A stretch of 64,000 nucleotides of DNA, taken from positions 1,728,001 through 1,792,000 of the forward strand of contig AP038806.1 of assembly GCA_047150005.1 (NCBI GenBank). The letters run 5' to 3'. Origin of the DNA: Nitrospira sp. (GTDB lineage Bacteria; Nitrospirota; Nitrospiria; Nitrospirales; Nitrospiraceae). Position 1 is the stretch's first letter; every line of letters begins with the position of its first letter. This document shows, in pieces, positions 28,851-38,994 of this stretch. The notes under the pieces were generated by a model, which was not told the DNA's origin, did no database searches, and saw nothing but the letters and a program-made list of their open reading frames with translations. A program made the translations under genes and the position numbers.

Positions 28851-29949
28851 CGTCCGAGGCCTCCTTCTTGCCGAGCGGTACTTCCACGACGATCGTCGTC
28901 CCGCGCCCCTTCTTCGACTGAATGGTGGCCTCCCCTCCGACGAGCCGGGCCCGCTCGACGATGCCGCGAATGCCGAAGTGATCCCACTTTTCGGGGTTAT
29001 GCAGGACGTGCTCCATGTCGAAGCCGATGCCGTTGTCCGCAATGGTGACGGTCAGTTGATCAAAGTCGATTTCGAGGCGCACGGACACCCGACTGGCCTT
29101 CGCATGCTGGGCCACGTTGCTCAGGGCCTCCTGCACGATCCGGAACAGAAAGATTTTCGTGCGGGGAAAGAGGATTTGCTCGTCGCCGGACACCTTGAAC
29201 TCGGTCTTGACGCGGGATTGCGTTTGGTAGGACTTCAGATAGTTCGTCAGGCCGGGTATCAACTCCATCTTGTCGTACTGGAGAGGGCGCAAATTGAAGA
29301 TGACCTGCCGCGCCTCCTGGATCGCGAGCTTGAGCTGCTGCTTGCTTTCGCGCAGGGTCGCGAGGCTCGCCTTGGGATCCTTCCGGAGCAGCTGTTGGGA
29401 CAGTTCCAGCTTGAAATTCACGCCGGCCAAACTCTGGACCAGACCGTCGTGGATCTCGCAGGCGATCCTCGTGCGCTCTTCGGTCACGGCGGCGCCCGTC
29501 TCCTTCACGTACAATCGATAGAGCGATTGGTACTTGTTGAGCGTCTTCTCGATCTCGGCCGTGGCGCGGATGCGGGCTTCGATCAGCTCCCACATGAACT
29601 TGGCGCTGGCGCCTCCGAGGATGGTCACGCCCAGGCGGTGGAAATCCTGGAGCACCTTCCAGACTTCGAGACTGCCGGACACGTCGATGATCAGATCGAC
29701 ACGATCCAGATTGAGCAGCAGGCGGTAATCGCGCGTGATGGGAATCTTCAGCCGCTTGGCGAGACCCAGCCCGGGGGCGGCGAGATTGGTTTCGGCGACG
29801 GCGACGATGTCCACGAGAGGGTCGTTCGCGAAAATCTCCATGAGGGCGGTGCCGCCGCGCCCCGCGCCGATGATGGCGACATGCGTGGTCCCGGGCATCG
29901 AGCCCGACTTGCGCCGCGCGTGAGACGACTTGGCTTCAGCCATGGGCAT
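28837..29949 (-). CDS. Cytoplasmic HisKA_3 kinase with N-terminal Rossmann-like domain
   Basis: HVAIIGAGRGG..., DLIIDVSG; EERTRIACEIHDGLVQSL; QEALSNVAQHA; DNGIGF; no TM segment. Confidence 0.88.
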   Translation of the reverse strand: MPMAEAKSSHARRKSGSMPGTTHVAIIGAGRGGTALMEIFANDPLVDIVAVAETNLAAPGLGLAKRLKIPITRDYRLLLNLDRVDLIIDVSGSLEVWKVLQDFHRLGVTILGGASAKFMWELIEARIRATAEIEKTLNKYQSLYRLYVKETGAAVTEERTRIACEIHDGLVQSLAGVNFKLELSQQLLRKDPKASLATLRESKQQLKLAIQEARQVIFNLRPLQYDKMELIPGLTNYLKSYQTQSRVKTEFKVSGDEQILFPRTKIFLFRIVQEALSNVAQHAKASRVSVRLEIDFDQLTVTIADNGIGFDMEHVLHNPEKWDHFGIRGIVERARLVGGEATIQSKKGRGTTIVVEVPLGKKEASDDGEN

Positions 29950-30053
29950 GGTACAGCCTTGCGTTGACCGCAGGATGTTCAGGAACGTCGAGCGCACATC
30001 GGACGACAATCGGCGGGATGGGTGAATCGTTGGCGCAGCGTGGGTGAGGCCGG

Positions 30054-30518
30054 TCACCGCTCGCGGCGTTGTTGGGCCAACGTTCTCAATTCGTCCATGA
30101 ACTGGTCGATGTCTTTGAACTCCCGGTAGACGGAGGCGAAGCGGACGTAAGCCACTTGGTCCAACTGGTGCAACTCCTTCATCAACTCCTCGCCGACAAT
30201 CCGACTTTCGATTTCCGTTTCCCCCATCTCCTGTATGCGTTTTTCGATGCGGTCGGCGACCGCTTCGATCGTGACGATGCTGATCGGACGTTTCTCGCAG
30301 GCCTTCTTCAGCCCCGAAAGAATTTTGGCCCGGTCGAAGGCTTCGCGCCGGCCGTCCTTTTTCACCACGACGGGGAGGATCTCGTCGACACGCTCGTATG
30401 TGGTGAACCGCCGCTTGCATCCCAGGCATTCGCGCCGCCGGCGGATCAACTCGCCTTCCTTCGCCATGCGCGAGTCGACCACTTTGTCTTCGACTTCATC
30501 ACAGAACGGGCATTTCAC
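30054..30518 (-). CDS. nrdR: Transcriptional repressor NrdR
   Basis: [31 protein letters not shown] cone, [16 protein letters not shown] start at 30518. Confidence 0.97.
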   Translation of the reverse strand: MKCPFCDEVEDKVVDSRMAKEGELIRRRRECLGCKRRFTTYERVDEILPVVVKKDGRREAFDRAKILSGLKKACEKRPISIVTIEAVADRIEKRIQEMGETEIESRIVGEELMKELHQLDQVAYVRFASVYREFKDIDQFMDELRTLAQQRRER

Positions 30519-30563
30519 CGGCGACGACCTTGTCGGTTCAATGCGGAATGCGCGTGCATTCAA

Positions 30564-31832
30564 TCAATAGGCGTGGAAGATCGGAAAGCGGCTGCAGAGC
30601 TCCTTGGCCCTGGCGCGGACGGTCTCGAGTGCCGCCGGATCCTGTCGGTGCTGGAGCACGGTGTCGATCAGCTCGACGATCGATCGCATCTCCGCTTCCT
30701 TCATCCCGCGGGTGGCGACGATCGGGGTTCCCAGCCGGATCCCGCTGGCGATGGCCGGCGGCTTCTCATCGTACGGCACCGCGTTCTTGTTGACGATGAT
30801 CCCGGCCGCATCCAGGGCGGCATCGGCTTCCTTGCCGGTGATGTTCTTGCTGGCGAGGTTGACGAGCATCAGGTGCGTGTCGGTCCCGCCGGAGACGATC
30901 TTGTATCCCCGGTCCAGGAGGCCTTGGGCCAGCACTTTGGCGTTGGTGATCACTTGTTGTTGATACCGCTTGAAGGCCGGCGACAACGCTTCCTTGAAGG
31001 CGACGGCTTTGGCCGCGATGACGTGCATGAGGGGGCCGCCTTGCATACCCGGGAAGACGAACTTGTCGACCGCCTTGGCGTGCTCGGCCTTGCACATAAC
31101 GACACCGCCGCGCGGCCCGCGCAGGGTTTTATGGGTAGTCGTGGTCACGAAATCGGCGTGGGCGATCGGGCTCGGGTGGAGACCTGCTGCGATCAGCCCG
31201 GCGATATGGGCGATGTCCACCATCAAATAGGCCCCGACCGATTTGGCGATCTGGGCGAACCGGGGAAAGTCGAGGGTGCGGGCATAGGCGCTGGCGCCGA
31301 CGACGAGCATCCGGGGCCGGCATTCCTCGGCCAGTTTCTGGACGGCGTCGTAGTCGATCGTCTCGGTCTGGCGGTTCACTCCGTAGGAAAAGGCACGGAA
31401 GATCGATCCCGAGAAATTGACCTTGCTGCCGTGCGTCAGGTGTCCGCCTTGGGCCAAGTCCATGCCGAGAATCGTGTCGCCAGGCTTCAACACGGACAGA
31501 TAGGCTGCCATGTTGGCCTGCGAGCCCGAATGGGGCTGGACGTTCACGTGCTCCGCCCCGAAGATCTGCTTGCACCGCTGGATGGCCAGGTCTTCCACGG
31601 TGTCGACGTGCTGGCATCCGCCGTAGTAGCGCTTGCCCGGGTAGCCCTCCGCGTACTTGTTGGTCATCAGGGAGCCCTGAGCGGCGAGGACGGCGGGGCT
31701 GGCGAAGTTTTCCGAGGCGATCAGCAGCAGCTTGTGGCGCTGGCGTTCCTCTTCCGCGTCGATGGCGGCATAGACTTCCGGATCGGTGGCGTGTAAGGCG
31801 TCCAGCGAACCGACGGCATCCTTCATTGACAT
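30564..31832 (-). CDS. glyA: Serine hydroxymethyltransferase
   Basis: [43 protein letters not shown]. Confidence 0.98.
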   Translation of the reverse strand: MSMKDAVGSLDALHATDPEVYAAIDAEEERQRHKLLLIASENFASPAVLAAQGSLMTNKYAEGYPGKRYYGGCQHVDTVEDLAIQRCKQIFGAEHVNVQPHSGSQANMAAYLSVLKPGDTILGMDLAQGGHLTHGSKVNFSGSIFRAFSYGVNRQTETIDYDAVQKLAEECRPRMLVVGASAYARTLDFPRFAQIAKSVGAYLMVDIAHIAGLIAAGLHPSPIAHADFVTTTTHKTLRGPRGGVVMCKAEHAKAVDKFVFPGMQGGPLMHVIAAKAVAFKEALSPAFKRYQQQVITNAKVLAQGLLDRGYKIVSGGTDTHLMLVNLASKNITGKEADAALDAAGIIVNKNAVPYDEKPPAIASGIRLGTPIVATRGMKEAEMRSIVELIDTVLQHRQDPAALETVRARAKELCSRFPIFHAY

Positions 31833-31849
31833 CGTGGCGTCCCGTTCGA

Positions 31850-32317
31850 TTAAGCGGAAGCCGGTTCGACTTCCTGTTTTTTCACCACCCGTACCGTTAC
31901 GGCTGCGGTCACTTCGCGCGGCAGCTTGACGGGCACGGTGAAACTGCCGAGTTCCTTGATGGGATGAGGCAGCTGAATCTTCCGACGATCGACCTGATAC
32001 CCCTGCTCGGCCAGCCCTTCGGCAATGTCCTTGACGGTCACGGAGCCGAACATCTTGTCGTCTTTACCCACCTGCGCCTCCACGGTCAGCGTGACCGTGG
32101 ACAGCTTCTTGGCATGACCCTCGATTTCCAGCTTTTCCTTCTTGGCCCGTTCGGCCGCAACCCGCTTGGCATGCTCAAAGGACTTGATATTCCGATCGTT
32201 GGCGACGACGGCTTTCTTGCGAGGGAGCAAGAAGTTCCTCGCGAATCCGTCTTTGACATCGATGAGATCGCCCAAATGGCCGACCCCATCCATGGTCTCC
32301 TGTAGAATGACCTTCAT
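31850..32317 (-). CDS. rplI: 50S ribosomal protein L9
   Basis: MKVILQE...LG..GD...[27 protein letters not shown]. Confidence 0.97.
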   Translation of the reverse strand: MKVILQETMDGVGHLGDLIDVKDGFARNFLLPRKKAVVANDRNIKSFEHAKRVAAERAKKEKLEIEGHAKKLSTVTLTVEAQVGKDDKMFGSVTVKDIAEGLAEQGYQVDRRKIQLPHPIKELGSFTVPVKLPREVTAAVTVRVVKKQEVEPASA

Positions 32318-32348
32318 GGCCCTAACTCCTTCTGTTGGAAAGAAAAAG

Positions 32349-32377
32349 AGAATACTGGCGGGAGGCTGAAAAGTCAA
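32349..32377 (-). promoter_or_regulatory. sigma70 promoter of rplI-glyA-nrdR
   Basis: TTGACT (32372-32377), 17 nt, TATTCT (32349-32354). Confidence 0.75.
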
Positions 32378-32526
32378 TTCTGTTCTTCGGTGTCCTACGG
32401 ATTCGCCGGGCCACTTGGGTGGGCGTCTCTCTGCTCCAGGACGTCGGTAGTCAACTGGACTCACGGCCTCGGCTGCCCGTATGATGTCGCATCACAGTTG
32501 CCTTGCCGCTTAGCCGCTCGGGACGC

Positions 32527-33978
32527 ATGCCTATTGCCGCGCGAGATTTGATTCAGCTTTGGGCCGATCGGCTTTCCGACGATCAACTCCGGCCGGCGGT
32601 CGCGGAAATGGACCGCCCGATCGCGCCGATAGACGGGCGTCTGCTTCAGACCGTCGGGGCGCTCCACCTCTATGAGTTCGTCTTGCCTGCCGGCCGAACG
32701 CTCGCCACCGATGTGCCCTTTTCAATCGTTCCCTCGGATGACGTGGAACCGACGGAGGGGGTGGTGCTTCGCTCTCAGGGCAATATTCTGCTTGCGCAGG
32801 CCGTGGATGCCATTGGCCCAGTGGTGACTGGGGCGACCATCGTGCCCGACTATGCGGGAAGTCTGGCGTCCCGCGGCACCAGATTGACCGAGATGCTTGC
32901 TCAAGCTGATACCGCCCGGCTCGGACCGGCCGATCGCCTGGCTCCGATGCTCGAAGCGGTTTCTGGGCAAGAGGAAGCCGGCGGAGTCGCCATGCTGTCC
33001 ACGGTATGGTCCGACGACGCGGCGACGAGACGACAGCGCATCGCGGCGCTGGCGATCGAGGCGATTCGAGCGAACAAACGGATTCTGCTCGTGTGCCCGG
33101 ATCATGATGCGGCGGACGAGGTGGCCGGCTCCATCGCCCGGGCCATGAAGGCCGGGGGACTCGTCTACAAGACCTGGATCAGCCGCTACGAGATGACCCT
33201 GGCGCGGGAAGCAGCCGGCCTGCCCATCCATGAGTTGGGATTCGAGGCGCAGATGCACCAATTCTATGCCAAGTCCCGCGCGGAAAAAGCCACGCTCCGA
33301 CGCAAGTACGAGCGGTTCCGGGAACTGACGCCGCTGCTGGCCTACAAGTCGCAAAAGCAGAAGGACCTCGACGAAGTGCGCCTGCTCGAATGGCGACTGT
33401 TGACCCAAGTGAACGACCTTCGGCGGAAACTCCAGGAGGGAAACGAGACGCTCGCGGAGTATGAGAAGCTGCCGCTCCTGCGCCGGCTCAGCATGCAGGC
33501 TGTGGGCAAGAACGTCGAATCGCTGCACCAGTATCGGGAACTCTACGAAAGCCAAATCGCGGATCTCATGAAGGAACTGGAGATCGCCAGGGCCCGCATC
33601 GCCGAGCTGGCGCCCGAGGCGGCGGTGCCTAAGGACATACGACCCGAATTCGAAGAGTTGAAGGAAGACATCGTGCGGCTGGGAGGGACGAAAAAAATCC
33701 GGGAACTGCTCGCGGCCGAAGAAAACACCAACCGCCAAGCGTTCATTCAGAACCGGCGCTTGGTCATCACCACCGCGGCTCGTATATTGGGCGATCCATT
33801 ATTCAGCCGTGTCAGGTTCGATGTTCTCATCGCCGACAACGCCCCCTGGATCGGAGGGGCGGAGCTGCTCGGATCGGCGGCTCTCGTGCGAGAGCGGATT
33901 ATCCTGACCGGCGCCCGACAGGACATCGCGACGGCGGGCCTGTGGACATCGACTGCCTTGTCGTCTCGTGGCGGCTGA
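32527..33978 (+). CDS. SF1 (Upf1/Dna2-like, AAA_11) helicase-derived protein with degenerate motifs and long coiled coil
   Basis: KRILLVCPDHDAADEV (motif Ia-like), LVITT, FDVLIADNA (motif II-like), IILTGARQ (motif III-like); no GxxxxGK[TS]. Confidence 0.65.
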   Translation: MPIAARDLIQLWADRLSDDQLRPAVAEMDRPIAPIDGRLLQTVGALHLYEFVLPAGRTLATDVPFSIVPSDDVEPTEGVVLRSQGNILLAQAVDAIGPVVTGATIVPDYAGSLASRGTRLTEMLAQADTARLGPADRLAPMLEAVSGQEEAGGVAMLSTVWSDDAATRRQRIAALAIEAIRANKRILLVCPDHDAADEVAGSIARAMKAGGLVYKTWISRYEMTLAREAAGLPIHELGFEAQMHQFYAKSRAEKATLRRKYERFRELTPLLAYKSQKQKDLDEVRLLEWRLLTQVNDLRRKLQEGNETLAEYEKLPLLRRLSMQAVGKNVESLHQYRELYESQIADLMKELEIARARIAELAPEAAVPKDIRPEFEELKEDIVRLGGTKKIRELLAAEENTNRQAFIQNRRLVITTAARILGDPLFSRVRFDVLIADNAPWIGGAELLGSAALVRERIILTGARQDIATAGLWTSTALSSRGG

Positions 33979-34002
33979 GCGGCGATCGTCCAAGAGAGTT
34001 GC

Positions 34003-34032
34003 TTGACGCGGACGAGGGCAATTCAGGATAAT
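34003..34032 (+). promoter_or_regulatory. sigma70 promoter of tRNA-Leu
   Basis: TTGACG, 18 nt, GATAAT, about 30 nt above the tRNA. Confidence 0.6.
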
Positions 34033-34063
34033 CCCGTTCCTCGTCCGTTTGAACAAGCCTCTT

Positions 34064-34150
34064 GCCGAAGTGGCGGAACTGGCAGACGCACTAGATTCAG
34101 GGTCTAGCGCCCGCAAGGGTGTCCGGGTTCAAATCCCGGCTTCGGCACCA
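34064..34150 (+). tRNA. tRNA-Leu (anticodon CAG)
   Basis: Acceptor stem GCCGAAG/CTTCGGC, anticodon arm CTAGA-TTCAGGG-TCTAG, long variable arm, GGTTCAAATCC T-arm, encoded CCA. Confidence 0.97.
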
Positions 34151-34397
34151 CCCATCAGACCTGCCTAAGTGTTCAATGAGCTAGAAACGCGAACGGAACA
34201 TGGATCAGCAGCGAGATGCTGACCTTTTCCTCTTCGACATGATCGCGCGGCGAAAGATCCCTTTGCGTACGCCAGTCCCTCCACCGATGTACAAAAGAGT
34301 TTGTCTTCGGTCCCTCCCGAGATGGAACGCCTCAATAATGCAGGGAAAGCCGCGCTGCACCCCGACGGCATCGCATCTGCATCCCATGGTGCCAGTC

Positions 34398-34709
34398 ATG
34401 ATCGAGCGCCGCTATCAACGATACCCTGTCTCACTCCCGTGCGCCCTGTTGGCGCATGATGGGCCGCACATCACCCGATCCGTCGATCTTTCCAGCAAGG
34501 GCTGTCGGATTCAGAATACCGTTCGGGTTGTTCCCAATATGGTGATCGACCTCTTACTCTTCACGGGGGACGACCTGCCCATTGCGATTCAGTCCGCGAA
34601 TGTTCGGTGGTGTGGAGCGGAGGGCATCGGCATCGAGTTTCAGGCCCTCGCCTCCTACCATCAACAGCGCCTGAATCTCCTGCTCAATCAACTGAAGAAG
34701 CCGCACTAG
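34398..34709 (+). CDS. PilZ-domain protein
   Basis: ERRYQR (RxxxR), DLSSKGCRI (DxSxxG), VRW...GIEF. Confidence 0.85.
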   Translation: MIERRYQRYPVSLPCALLAHDGPHITRSVDLSSKGCRIQNTVRVVPNMVIDLLLFTGDDLPIAIQSANVRWCGAEGIGIEFQALASYHQQRLNLLLNQLKKPH

Positions 34710-34924
34710 CGGTCATTGCCTGCCTGCTTCAACTCCAGAACACAACCGAGTCAGCGATCATTGTTCGTGCGATTCCTCCCGCGGGTTTGTCTGTCTGCGT
34801 CGCGCCATGTCGTCCGCGGGCAGCTGCAATACGTCCAGTCTCCTGCTAGGATCCACTTCCATGATTCAGAGACCTCGGCCACGCCATCTGTGGCGGTGGG
34901 CGACTCGAGGTGGAAGAAGGAGGG

Positions 34925-35422
34925 ATGACGATGTGGACGACCACTCGCAGTATATCGATCATCGGTCTTGTCCTGTCGTGGCTGCTCTGTCTCGACGGAT
35001 CTCTCCCCGTTCGGGCGGAAACCGTGTCGATCCTGAATGCCGGCAACAAGATGGAAGGCATTCTGGTCGAGGCTGCGATGAAGCGGCAGCTCCGGGCTGA
35101 CGGCTATACCGTCACGGATGAGACGATGGAGGGGTATCTCCTCATCGTGGGAGTCCTGCCCAATATCACCTTGGGAGGAGAAAAACGCGGGGTGATCGGG
35201 AACGTCGTCGTGTCCTCGGTCAGCGTGCCGGCGACGGAAGATTCGGCCGGAAGCGATCGATGTAAGAGGGGGCACGATCAGGCCCAGCGAGTTACGGACG
35301 TGGTGGGGGCCAGAATCCTGTACGTCAATGGCACGATTGCACAGGCTCCCAACGAGGAGTCACTCGCGGAAATGCTGAGTACGTTCGCCATACGCGAGAT
35401 CCGAACGATGACTGGAAGGTGA
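34925..35422 (+). CDS. Exported hypothetical protein
   Basis: AAGGAGG RBS, signal-like N-terminus. Confidence 0.6.
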   Translation: MTMWTTTRSISIIGLVLSWLLCLDGSLPVRAETVSILNAGNKMEGILVEAAMKRQLRADGYTVTDETMEGYLLIVGVLPNITLGGEKRGVIGNVVVSSVSVPATEDSAGSDRCKRGHDQAQRVTDVVGARILYVNGTIAQAPNEESLAEMLSTFAIREIRTMTGR

Positions 35423-35536
35423 TCGGACTGACGAGCCGAACGTGCTACGCGTGTGGAGCGAGGGTCTTGATGGCGAGGAGGAGGACGGGCTCGCCGAATG
35501 ACACGACGTCCTTTCAAGCCTTGGGAGGAACGACTT

Positions 35537-36454
35537 GTGGACATTGTGATGGCCGGTGGAACGGGCTTTATCGGCAGGAGTCTTTGTGAAGCTCTGCAAC
35601 AGCACGGCCACCATGTCACCGTCCTTACCAGACGCCCCGCCTACGCGAAACGGCTGTTCGGATCAGGTGTGAATGCGGTCGAGTGGGATGCGATAACGCC
35701 TGGAAGGTGGGAGCAGGTTTTGAACGGGGCGCAAGCCGTGATCAATCTGGCCGGTGCGTCGATCGGCGATTCCCGCTGGACGGAGAGTCGCAAGCGGCTG
35801 CTCACAGAAAGCCGGGTGCTGCTAACCCGTCTCCTGGTCCAGACCTGCGCCAACCTCGCCACGAAGCCTCAGGTCGTGATCAACGCCTCGGGCGTCGGCT
35901 TCTATGGCCCTCGTGGCGAAGAAGTTCTCGATGAGTCGTGCGAGGGGGGGCGTGGATTTCTCGCTGAGCTCTGCGTGCAATGGGAGTCCGCCGCGCAGGA
36001 AGCGTCGTCTTACGGAATACGAGTCGTGTGCGTGAGGACCGGCATGGTTCTCGAACAAGGTGGAGGGGCGTTGCCTCGTATGGCGCTTCCGTTCCGGTGC
36101 TTTCTTGGCGGACCGGTCATGCCGGGTACCCAATGGATCTCGTGGATTCATCGCGACGACATGATCGGGATCATAGAATGGGCACTGACGAATCAGCATG
36201 TGGTCGGCCCGGTCAATGCCGTTGCTCCGACGCCGGTCACCATGAGGGACTTCTGCGATACGCTCGGACGGGTCTTGCGCAGACCTTCATGGCTTCGGGT
36301 GCCTGAATTCGTCTTGAAGGCCGGTCTGGGAGAGCTTGGCTCCCTGATGACGACGGGTCAGAACGTGGCGCCGGTCGTCGCGCTGCAGGGCGGCTACCGA
36401 TTCCGCTACCCTATGCTTGAGGGAGCGTTGCAGGCGATTTGGACCAAGGCGTGA
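35537..36454 (+). CDS. TIGR01777-family NAD-dependent epimerase-like protein (YfcH/SDR39U1)
   Basis: GGTGFIG, VINLAGASI...RW, FLAELCVQWE, RTGMVL..GGAL, SWIHRDD; GTG start after GGAGGA. Confidence 0.9.
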   Translation: MDIVMAGGTGFIGRSLCEALQQHGHHVTVLTRRPAYAKRLFGSGVNAVEWDAITPGRWEQVLNGAQAVINLAGASIGDSRWTESRKRLLTESRVLLTRLLVQTCANLATKPQVVINASGVGFYGPRGEEVLDESCEGGRGFLAELCVQWESAAQEASSYGIRVVCVRTGMVLEQGGGALPRMALPFRCFLGGPVMPGTQWISWIHRDDMIGIIEWALTNQHVVGPVNAVAPTPVTMRDFCDTLGRVLRRPSWLRVPEFVLKAGLGELGSLMTTGQNVAPVVALQGGYRFRYPMLEGALQAIWTKA

Positions 36455-36641
36455 AGGAGGCCGACCATGGCAAGGTTCATCGACTATGTGCAGGCCCTGG
36501 CTGCCGGAGTCGACACCGATCTCCAAGGCGCCGGAACCGGCTTCATCAGCGGTCGCTCTATCTTAATTCTGCCGTGCTCTGCACGGGGCTGTCCCTGGTC
36601 GCGCTCGCAGCATAAAAGGTTTCAACCCAGGAGGAATCCAC

Positions 36642-37094
36642 ATGACACTCGGAATGTTGTCGATGTCAATCACCGTCATAGCCGGCCTGTTGTTCATCGC
36701 GTCGCCCGCCGGGGCGGATCAGTCGACCGATCAGACATCGTCCAAGCACGGGGAAGAGGCGACGCGCCCCAAGGGGGTGATCGGCGTGTCGTTGCAGGTG
36801 GGCGCCGAGCGTATCGGCGATCCGGCCATGCTCTGCGTCGCCATGGTGCATCCGGAAGGGCCGGCTCACGGGGCCGGCCTGGTGCATGGGGACGAGATTC
36901 TGTCGGTCGACGGGACGCCTGTGTCGGGCAAGACCTATGATCAGGTGGTGAACATGATCCGTGGCGAGGCAGGGACGGCGGTGAAACTCAGTGTGAAGGG
37001 AGAGGGAGCCGCTCGGGAGGTGTCCGTTACGCGCATCGACAGCGACCATCTTTCGAAAGGGCCGAAGGGATCACACGCCGATCCGGCTCGCTAG
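36642..37094 (+). CDS. Exported single-PDZ-domain protein
   Basis: AGGAGG RBS, signal peptide, GVIGVSL, GPAHGAGL..GDEILSVDG, IRGEAGT.V.L. Confidence 0.85.
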   Translation: MTLGMLSMSITVIAGLLFIASPAGADQSTDQTSSKHGEEATRPKGVIGVSLQVGAERIGDPAMLCVAMVHPEGPAHGAGLVHGDEILSVDGTPVSGKTYDQVVNMIRGEAGTAVKLSVKGEGAAREVSVTRIDSDHLSKGPKGSHADPAR

Positions 37095-37303
37095 CACTCA
37101 TGATGCCAGGCGGCGCGCCCTCTTCGTCGAGGGGTCGACCAAGGGGAACGAGCCGAAGCCGGTCTCCCAGGAGTTCCACCGATGCGCGGGGTCGTCCGGT
37201 TGAGAAGAGAGTTGCGGCTTGAAGACAACCACCTCACCCCCATTGTCGATCATAGGCAATCGAGAGAGGAATACTCGCAGATCGGCAAGCCGGCGGTGGT
37301 CAG

Positions 37304-38278
37304 ATGACGGCTCCGGTCCTCCGGTTAGGGATTAGCCGATGTCTCCTCGGCGACAACGTTCGATTCGATGGAGGACACAAACGTGACGGCTTTCTGACGG
37401 ATGTGTTCGGCCGGTATGTCGAATGGGTTCCCGTTTGTCCTGAGGTGGAGGCAGGGCTCGGCACGCCGCGCGAGGCGATGCGACTGGTCGGTGATTCCCG
37501 GTGTCCCCGCCTCGTGACGATCAAGAGCGGAATCGATCATACGCGCGCGTTGGAGAGGATGACGGCTCGCCGCGTTCAGGAACTGGAAGCATTGGATCTG
37601 TCCGGGTACGTGTTCAAGAAAGACTCTCCAAGCTGCGGCATGGAGCGCGTTCGTGTCTACAACCAACAGGGGATGCCGAGCCGACAGGGCGTCGGCATCT
37701 TCGCGGGCGCATTCATGAAGCAGTTTCCGATGATCCCCGTGGAGGAAGAAGGAAGGCTTTGCAATCCCCTCTTGCGGGGGAACTTCATTGAGCGGGTCTT
37801 CGGCTACCGCCGGTTCCAGGATTTGCTTGCCGGGGGCGTGACCAGGAAAGCCGTGGTCAGATTCCATACGATACACAACTATCTGCTGCTGGCTCACAGT
37901 GCCCAGGACTACCAGGCGTTGGGTCGCTTGGTGGGTCAGTGCAACCGGTATCGTCCGAAAGATCTGGCCCTCCGGTATGGACAACTATTCATGAGGGCCT
38001 TGACCGTCAAAGCGACGGCTCGGAAGCATGTGAACGTGCTGCAGCACATCGTGGGGTATTTCAAGGAGCGTCTGACTGTTCAGGCGAAGGATGAATTGCT
38101 GCGCCTCATCGAGGACTATCACAATGGGATGACTCCTTTGATTGTCCCGCTGACGTTGGTCAAGCACTACGTGCAGTTGTTCGACGTCGGCTACATTCGC
38201 GACCAGGTGTACCTCAATCCCTATCCAAGGGAGCTGATGCTCCGTAACCATACAGAGGAGATCGCATGCCGCCGGTAA
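37304..38278 (+). CDS. DUF523-DUF1722 fusion (YbgA; TudS/RudS-like Fe-S thiouracil desulfidase)
   Basis: GISRCLLG..VRFDGGHK, PVCPEVEAGLGTPRE, KKDSPSCG, EEEGRL, C-terminal HVNVLQHIVGYFK..Q.YLNPYP.EL.LRN. Confidence 0.9.
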   Translation: MTAPVLRLGISRCLLGDNVRFDGGHKRDGFLTDVFGRYVEWVPVCPEVEAGLGTPREAMRLVGDSRCPRLVTIKSGIDHTRALERMTARRVQELEALDLSGYVFKKDSPSCGMERVRVYNQQGMPSRQGVGIFAGAFMKQFPMIPVEEEGRLCNPLLRGNFIERVFGYRRFQDLLAGGVTRKAVVRFHTIHNYLLLAHSAQDYQALGRLVGQCNRYRPKDLALRYGQLFMRALTVKATARKHVNVLQHIVGYFKERLTVQAKDELLRLIEDYHNGMTPLIVPLTLVKHYVQLFDVGYIRDQVYLNPYPRELMLRNHTEEIACRR

Positions 38279-38829
38279 AGCAAGGAGTGGTGCTCGTCGG
38301 GCACGGAGGCATTCCGAAGGATTGTCCGCAGGAACTGGTGACGAAACTGAAGCGACTGGAGGCACAACGACGCGCCGCTCATCTGTCGCCGTCGCCGGAA
38401 GAGCACGAATTGGACGAGAGGATCAGGCGCTGGCCCCGGACGGACGTCACCGATCCCTATCAGGCCGGCCTGGAATCGGTGGCTCGTCAGCTCCGAACAC
38501 GGCTGAAAGGCGTGTTGTTTGCCGTTGCGTACAATGAGTTCTGTGCGCCGACTTTGGAGGAGGCCGTCAAGGATCTGGTCGGTCGGGGTGCCGCGCAGAT
38601 CACCGTCGCGACGACGATGTTTACGCCGGGCGGATCGCATTCGGAGATCGAAATCCCGGAAATTCTGGATCGGTTACGCCGGGAACATCCAACGGTGGTC
38701 TTACGCTATGCATGGCCCTTCGACCTTTCGGCCGTCGCCGATCTCTTGCACGGACAGGTCACGAGGTTCGTCCAAAGCAGTGGTGAACTCGATTCCTCGG
38801 GTGGTATTCGTCATCCCGACTCGCGCTGA
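38266..38829 (+). CDS. CbiX/SirB-like small chelatase
   Basis: VLVGHG, AYNEFCAPTLEEAV, FTPGGSHSEIEIP. Confidence 0.8.
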   Translation: MPPVKQGVVLVGHGGIPKDCPQELVTKLKRLEAQRRAAHLSPSPEEHELDERIRRWPRTDVTDPYQAGLESVARQLRTRLKGVLFAVAYNEFCAPTLEEAVKDLVGRGAAQITVATTMFTPGGSHSEIEIPEILDRLRREHPTVVLRYAWPFDLSAVADLLHGQVTRFVQSSGELDSSGGIRHPDSR

Positions 38830-38994
38830 GCCGATCACCGGGCGTAGTCCGTCAGATACACACCTACACAACCCTTGGTCACCTCTACCTAAGAAAGTCA
38901 GGGGCTTACATCCGTGGAGGGTGGGGCACAGAGGTTGCTGTCGACAGCCCTGCTTCCCCGTGGAAGCAACGGCCGGTAGTCGAGGGTATACCTT

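Noticed and set aside
37093..37108. sigma54-like TGGCATCATGAGTGCT on the minus strand
   Set aside because: Points antisense into the PDZ gene with no target gene; cannot be supported
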